Source: Eledone cirrhosa (Eukaryota). From it: a stretch of 64,000 nt of DNA. The translations under genes were made by a program, and so were the position numbers. The notes under the pieces are model-generated. The model saw only the letters and a list, made by a program, of their open reading frames with translations, was not told where the DNA came from and made no database searches. The DNA lies in NCBI GenBank assembly GCA_964016885.1, contig OZ024755.1:25420001-25484000 (forward strand), read 5' to 3'. Below are positions 55,157-64,000 of the stretch, one piece after another (position 1 is the first letter of the stretch; each line of letters begins with the position of its first letter).

Positions 55157-57313
55157 TCAACAACAACTACACTATTAACAACACCAACAGCTACACTACT
55201 AACAACACCACCATCAACAACAACTACACTATTAACAACACCATCAACAACAACTACACTATTAACAACACCAATACCAACAACTACACTACTAACAACA
55301 CCACCATCAACAACAACTACACTACTAACAACACCACCATCAACAACAACTACACTATTAACAACACCAACAACTACACTACTAACAACACCACCATCAA
55401 CAATAACTACACTATTAACAACACCATCAACAACAACTACACTATTAACAACACCAATACCAACAGCTACACTACTAACAACACCACCATCAACAACAAC
55501 TACACTACTAACAACACCACCATCAACAACAACTACACTATTAACAACACCAATACCAACAACTACACTACTAACAACACCATCAACAACAACTACACTA
55601 TTAACAACACCAATACCAACAACTACACTACTAACAACACCAACACCAACAACTACACTACTAACAACACCAACACCAACAACTACACTACTAACAACAC
55701 CAATACCAACAACTACACTACTAACAACACCAATACCAACAACTACACTACTAACAACACCACCATCAACAACAACTACACTACTAACAACACCAACACC
55801 AACAACTACACTACTAACAACACCAACACCAACAACTACACTACTAACAACACCAATACCAACAACTACACTACTAACAACACCACCATCAACAACAACT
55901 ACACTACTAACAACACCAACACCAACAACTACACTACTAACAACACCAACAACTACACTACTAACAACACCAACAACTACACTACTAACAACACCACCAA
56001 CAACAACTACACTATTAACAACACCACCAACACCAACAACTACACTACTAACAACACCAACAACTACACTACTAACAACACCAACAACTACACTACTAAC
56101 AACACCACCAACAACAACTACACTATTAACAACACCACCAACACCAACAACTACACTACTAACAACACCAACAACTACACTACTAACAACACCAACAACT
56201 ACACTACTAACAACACCAACAACTACACTACTAACAACACCACCAACAACAACTACACTACTAACAACACCAACACCAACAACTACACTACTAACAACAC
56301 CAACACCAACAACTACACTACTAACAACACCAACAACTACACTACTAACAACACCAACAACTACACTACTAACAACACCAACAACTACACTACTAACAAC
56401 ACCAACAACTACACTACTAACAACACCACCACCAACAGCTACACTACTAACAACACCACCACCAACAGCTACACTACTAACAACACCACCACCAACAACT
56501 ATACTACTAACAACACCATCAACAACAACTACACTACTAACAACACCAACACCAACAACTACACTACTAACAACACCACCATCAACAACAACTACACTAC
56601 TAACAACACCAACACCAACAACTACACTACTAACAACACCAACAACTACACTACTAACAACACCAACAACTATACTACTAACAACACCAACAACAACAAC
56701 TACACTACTAACAACACCAATACCAACAACTACACTACTAACAACACCAACACCAACAACAACTACACTATTAACAACACCAACAGCTACACTACTAACA
56801 ACACCACCACCAACAACTATACTACTAACAACACCACCATCAACAACAACTACACTACTAACAACACCAACACCAACAACTACACTACTAACAACACCAA
56901 CAACTACACTACTAACAACACCACCATCAACAACAACTACACTACTAACAACACCAACACCAACAACTACACTACTAACAACACCAACACCACCATCAAC
57001 AACACTAACAGCTACACTACTAACAACAAGAACAACAACAACAACAACACTACTAACAACACCACCACCATCATCAACAACAACAACACTACTAACACCA
57101 CCATCAACAACTACAACAACAACAACACTACGAACAACTACATTACTAACAACCACAACAACAACAACAATGACACCATCAACAACCACAACAACAACAC
57201 GAATAACACTATCAAAAACAACGACATCACCAACGACACCAACAACGAGGACAACAACACCACCGACAGCATGAACATTGCCAACAACAACAACTACAAC
57301 GATAAGTACAACT
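55157..57313. repeat. Trinucleotide-based minisatellite (AAC/ACT/ACC)
   Basis: AACAACTACACTACTAACAACACC core with 24-33 bp variants. Confidence 0.95.
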
Positions 57314-58244
57314 AAAAAAACTTATATTAAATTTCTATGTAAATAACAAACAGAGAAGTGTGAGAAGAAGAAAAACCACGAAAACAGCAAACAAAACATG
57401 TGTGAGGTTAAAAATGCAAAAGAAAAACATGTGGGGAGAGAGAGGGGGGGGTTAAAGGAAAAGAGGTCGCGGTGGTAAAGAAGAAGAAGAAGAAGAAGAA
57501 GAAGAAGAAGAAGAAGAAGAAGAAGAAGAAGAAGAAGAAGAAGAAGAAACACCATCCATAATCGACATGTTTTGATGTTCTTTTAGTTTACTGTCAAATT
57601 ATTATTTTTTTTTTTTTTTTCATTTTTATATTTTGATTTGCGCTGTTGTGCTATTTAGTTGGTGTTTTGTTGGAAATAAAATGTCTTACCTAAGTGAATT
57701 GTGTTGCCACGTTTGTGTTTGTTTGAAAGGTAGGAGCCATTGGTGGTTAAGTCGATTCAAACTCTAACTAAACATTTTACATTACAAGTTCACAATGCTT
57801 AAATAAACAGTCTCAACGATTTCTTTATATTTGAACCAAATAAACAAATGGGTTTTCATACCATCTTCCATCTAGTTTTTCACATATTTGCCTCTCAATT
57901 TCATATGCCCACCATTTTGTCATTTGTTTTTTGTTTTATTTTATTTTATTTTATTTTATTTTATTTTCTATTTTAATTCTGCATTTCCTATTCACACCTG
58001 CTTTTTATTCATTCCACATCATCCTCTATTTATGTTCATAATTATGGCAGATTGGTATCAAAGGTGTTAAAATATTTTGATGACTTTAGAATTTCCAGTA
58101 AACCCATTGTTCAGCTTAGTACTCGATACTTGAGAAAGTAGAGTATAAGTATTGTAATGAATTACTGCCCGAAGGCTGAACTCTTGGTGTTTATAGAGTG
58201 AACCAATTGAAGTAGCAAGATCTCAACCCTCGGACAGGAACTCC

Positions 58245-58312
<68 letters not shown>

Positions 58313-58403
58313 AAAGGTAAACAGAAATAACAACACAATCGGTAGAGTATATGGAAGGGATATTTTAGGTTAACGTTTGAGCAGGAAGAGGGTCTTAACG
58401 TTT

Positions 58404-59332
<929 letters not shown>

Positions 59333-59359
59333 TATCACGGACACTCTATCTCAAAATTA

Positions 59360-59396
59360 TTTTTGAAAAGCATTTAGAAATGCGCAACCGGTAAAA
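59360..59396 (+). ncRNA. Degenerate U3-A8 hammerhead in a TA-flanked insert (59335-59520)
   Basis: TTT TTGAAAA GCATTT-AG-AAATGC GCAA CCGG TA AAA (GAAA changed to GCAA). Confidence 0.45.
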
Positions 59397-59559
59397 ACTT
59401 AAAAACTTAAAACCACATCTGAATACTAACCCATACAATCACTAATAATACTCTTTTATTCCTAATTAAACCATTTTTCAACTGTGAACAATTTGTCAGC
59501 ATTTTCTATTCCGTTTACCAATACATATATATATATATGCATATATATATATACATATA

Positions 59560-59605
<46 letters not shown>

Positions 59606-59645
59606 CATATATATATATATACATATATATATATACATATATATT

Positions 59646-59677
<32 letters not shown>

Positions 59678-59871
59678 CATATATATATATACATATATAT
59701 TTATATATATATATATATATATATACATATATATATACACATACATGAATATATATATACATATATATATACACATATATATATACATATATATATATAT
59801 ACATATACACATATATATATACATATATATATATATATACATATATATATACATATATATATACATACATA

Positions 59872-60018
59872 TCCTGCATCTCCAACAGACCAGTGTCTGT
59901 CCTTAGGGCATCAACATATGTTAACCTTGGTCTTCCTCTTCTATGGCAGCGATAATGAGGGACAGAGACCGCTGGAGAGAACTCGTCCATGGATCTCGGG
60001 AATTTTACCCGCCTTAGA
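59872..60018. mobile_element. Tiny 5'-inverted RTE 3' fragment
   Basis: 59872-59940 is the reverse of 62968-63035; 59943-60010 is a forward match to 63038-63105. Confidence 0.85.
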
Positions 60019-60019
60019 T

Positions 60020-61328
<1,309 letters not shown>

Positions 61329-61380
61329 CTATCAGCAACAACCTATGTCGGTAGACACTCCAATTAAATAGTTGTGTATG

Positions 61381-61444
<64 letters not shown>

Positions 61445-61612
61445 TATAGTGAAGAGGTAGAATGCCAACGGCGAATGCAGCCGTTCCAACTAGCGTTCCA
61501 CATATATTTTCAGGGGAATCCTTCGTCATATATATATTTATATATACACACATGCATACACTAAATTAAATAAATACAGACACCAAATATTCTCACTATA
61601 TATACATCACTA

Positions 61613-61663
<51 letters not shown>

Positions 61664-62000
61664 TATGAAGTAATCCATTAACGCTTTCACAACCAAACAA
61701 CACATTTGGAAGTGGTCCAAAGAAAACTGTACATAGATTTTTTTACTATGAAACATTGGCAAAATATAAACAATATAAAATTTACACCGCTACAACTACC
61801 ACCACCACCATCACTACTAATACGACGACTATCATCACCATCACCATCACCACTACTACGATTACTACAACCACCACCACAACTGCCACAAACACCACTT
61901 CCAATGCATCTACTACTATTTGTAATGACTGAGTGGGTGAACTACTTCACATTCCAGGATATGGATGACGCATTCCTTGTCTGTATAAATACCATGCACA

Positions 62001-62089
<89 letters not shown>

Positions 62090-62150
62090 ACATACATATA
62101 AATATATATAAATATATATATATATATATATGATGAGTTTCTTGGTCAGT

Positions 62151-63112
62151 GTCCAAGTCTCAGACCCGTATAGCAGCACAGACTCTACTACAGCAATGAA
62201 GAGGCGGATTTTCAGGTCTTTACGAAGGTCCGACTTCCACACCGATCTCAAGCTGTGGCACGCCGCCCAGGCTTTGCTCTTCCTCTCAACCATATTCCCA
62301 ATCTTTGCTCCCAAATACAAGAAGTCCTCAACCAATTTTAGCGGTCCCGGCTACATTAGTGATCCCCTCTGGCTTCTCAACATTCTCTACCAGATATTTT
62401 GTTTTAGTCTCATTCATTCTCAGCCCCACACTCATCGACACTGTCTCAACCTCCTGCATCAAATCCTCTGCCTCCTTCACTGTATTTGTCACCAAAACTA
62501 TGTCGTCGGCAAATTCAGCATCCGATAACTTTTTCGCCTTAACTCTCCTGCTCTGAGACGGTGCTACAGTAAAGCCTGAGTCCTGGTGTTTCTCCAGTGC
62601 AAGGCGCATACAATAGTCCACCACGATGATAAAAAGGTAGGAAGCCAATGTATCTCCCTGGAGCACTCCAGCCAGTATCTCAAAGAACTCTGTCTTCCCA
62701 TCAGGTGGGCTTTGGTGTTGGTGTAGAGCATTGATATCAGGTCCACAATCTTCTTGGGGATTCCATAAGCCTGTAAGATCTTCATTAGGCTCTAAACATT
62801 AATCAGTATACACTGAGGATGAACAACTCAGAGCTGTAGGGGAGCCTCCCAAAAGTCAGCTCAAAAGTGACACAGAGGAGACTGAGGTTAGCTGGACATG
62901 CTCACCGACATCCAGAGTTGACATTGCACTCAGTATTCCCGTGGGAGCCCCTACATGGACACACTGGATGAGGAAGACCAAGGTTAACCTATGTTGATGC
63001 CCTAAGGACAGACACTGGTCTGTTGGAGACGCAGGTCATGGCAGCGATAATGAGGGACAGAGACCGCTGGAGAGAACTCGTCCATGGATCTCGGGAATTT
63101 TACCCTCCTAGA
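62151..63112. mobile_element. 5'-inverted RTE-clade LINE fragment
   Basis: Minus 62151-62785: [42 protein letters not shown]; plus 62788-63112: [26 protein letters not shown]. Confidence 0.9.
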
Positions 63113-63181
63113 ATATACATATATATATATTAATGCATATATGTATTCATACATATATGTATTCACGCATATATGTATATA

Positions 63182-63216
<35 letters not shown>

Positions 63217-63318
63217 GGCCTGCCTGCCCAGCCAGTGGGATGGCGTCATCGTATGGCTAAAACAGCACGTGCTGTGACCAGCGGCGTCGAATGGCGCCCG
63301 ACAGACTGGTCGGTCAAG

Positions 63319-63376
<58 letters not shown>

Positions 63377-63377
63377 A

Positions 63378-63431
<54 letters not shown>

Positions 63432-63517
63432 AGATAAAATGATGAATTTTTTAATATAAGGAACTGTTTCTTTGTTTTTATTCATTGTTTTTATTAATTT
63501 ATATATATATATATAGA

Positions 63518-63706
63518 TGGCGGTGGAGTGGCAGTATCGGTAGAGGGTCGGACGCCATGCTTTCCAGCATAGTTACGTCCCTTTACGATCTGAGTTCAAA
63601 TCCCGCCGAGGTTGACTTTGCCTTTCATCCTTACGGGGTCGATAAAATAAAGTACCAGTAATGCACTGGGTAATTGCTGGCCTTGTGCCTAAAGTAGAAA
63701 CAATTA
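63518..63706 (+). mobile_element. SINE family 1, full length
   Basis: Near identical to 40949-41132. Confidence 0.9.
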
Positions 63707-63739
63707 ATTTATACATATATATATATATACTGTATACAT

Positions 63740-63776
<37 letters not shown>

Positions 63777-64000
63777 TTTAATTCATATATGTGTGTGCAG
63801 TTATATTATGTATATATATATCTGTGCGTGTGTGTGTGTCGAAAGATAGGAGTGTGTCTCTCCTGCTATTTAAAGACAGGAGGAGAGACAAACAAACAGA
63901 TATGCAGACATAATAGATTAAAGACACTGAGGTGATATTATCATCATCATCATCAACTTTACAGACTGAAATGTAACAAACTCAAGCATGGCCTTAATAT

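Noticed and set aside
55117-57315. 700-aa Asn/Thr- or mucin-like ORFs
   Set aside because: Open in three frames on both strands because the trinucleotide repeat lacks stops; no unique coding flanks or splice evidence.

Overview
Repeat-dominated, AT-rich animal genomic DNA. The SINE content suggests an octopus or other cephalopod (recalled, not checked by a search). No complete host gene is visible; almost all long ORFs in the track are microsatellite translations. Ordinary content: (TA)n/(CA)n/(TACA)n tracts, tRNA-derived SINEs, decayed RTE, Tx1/L1 and CRE-like LINE fragments, two hAT-like MITEs and several minisatellites. The main signal is a set of about 15 non-coding fold-back (palindromic) inserts, nearly all embedded in (TA)n. 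They belong to many unrelated sequence families but share one architecture: a long arm with an extra 60-135 bp tail, a short inverted arm without the tail, and usually a complete or partial type I hammerhead ribozyme (CTGANGA...GAAA...NUH) at or near the apex. The tails of unrelated families share an ACTC...GAGT hairpin motif. The extreme case is a 7.5-kb palindrome (41698-49210) made of about 9.6 + 6.4 apparently identical 468-bp units, carrying 15 hammerheads. This resembles Penelope-like-element pLTRs and non-LTR retrozymes, and suggests rolling-circle reverse transcription of a circular RNA with strand inversion and TA targeting (inference). A duplicated exon-like segment encoding a hydrophobic C-terminus (about 34.0-34.2 and 36.9-37.0 kb, minus strand) is the best host-gene candidate. 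All coordinates and pairings were read by eye.
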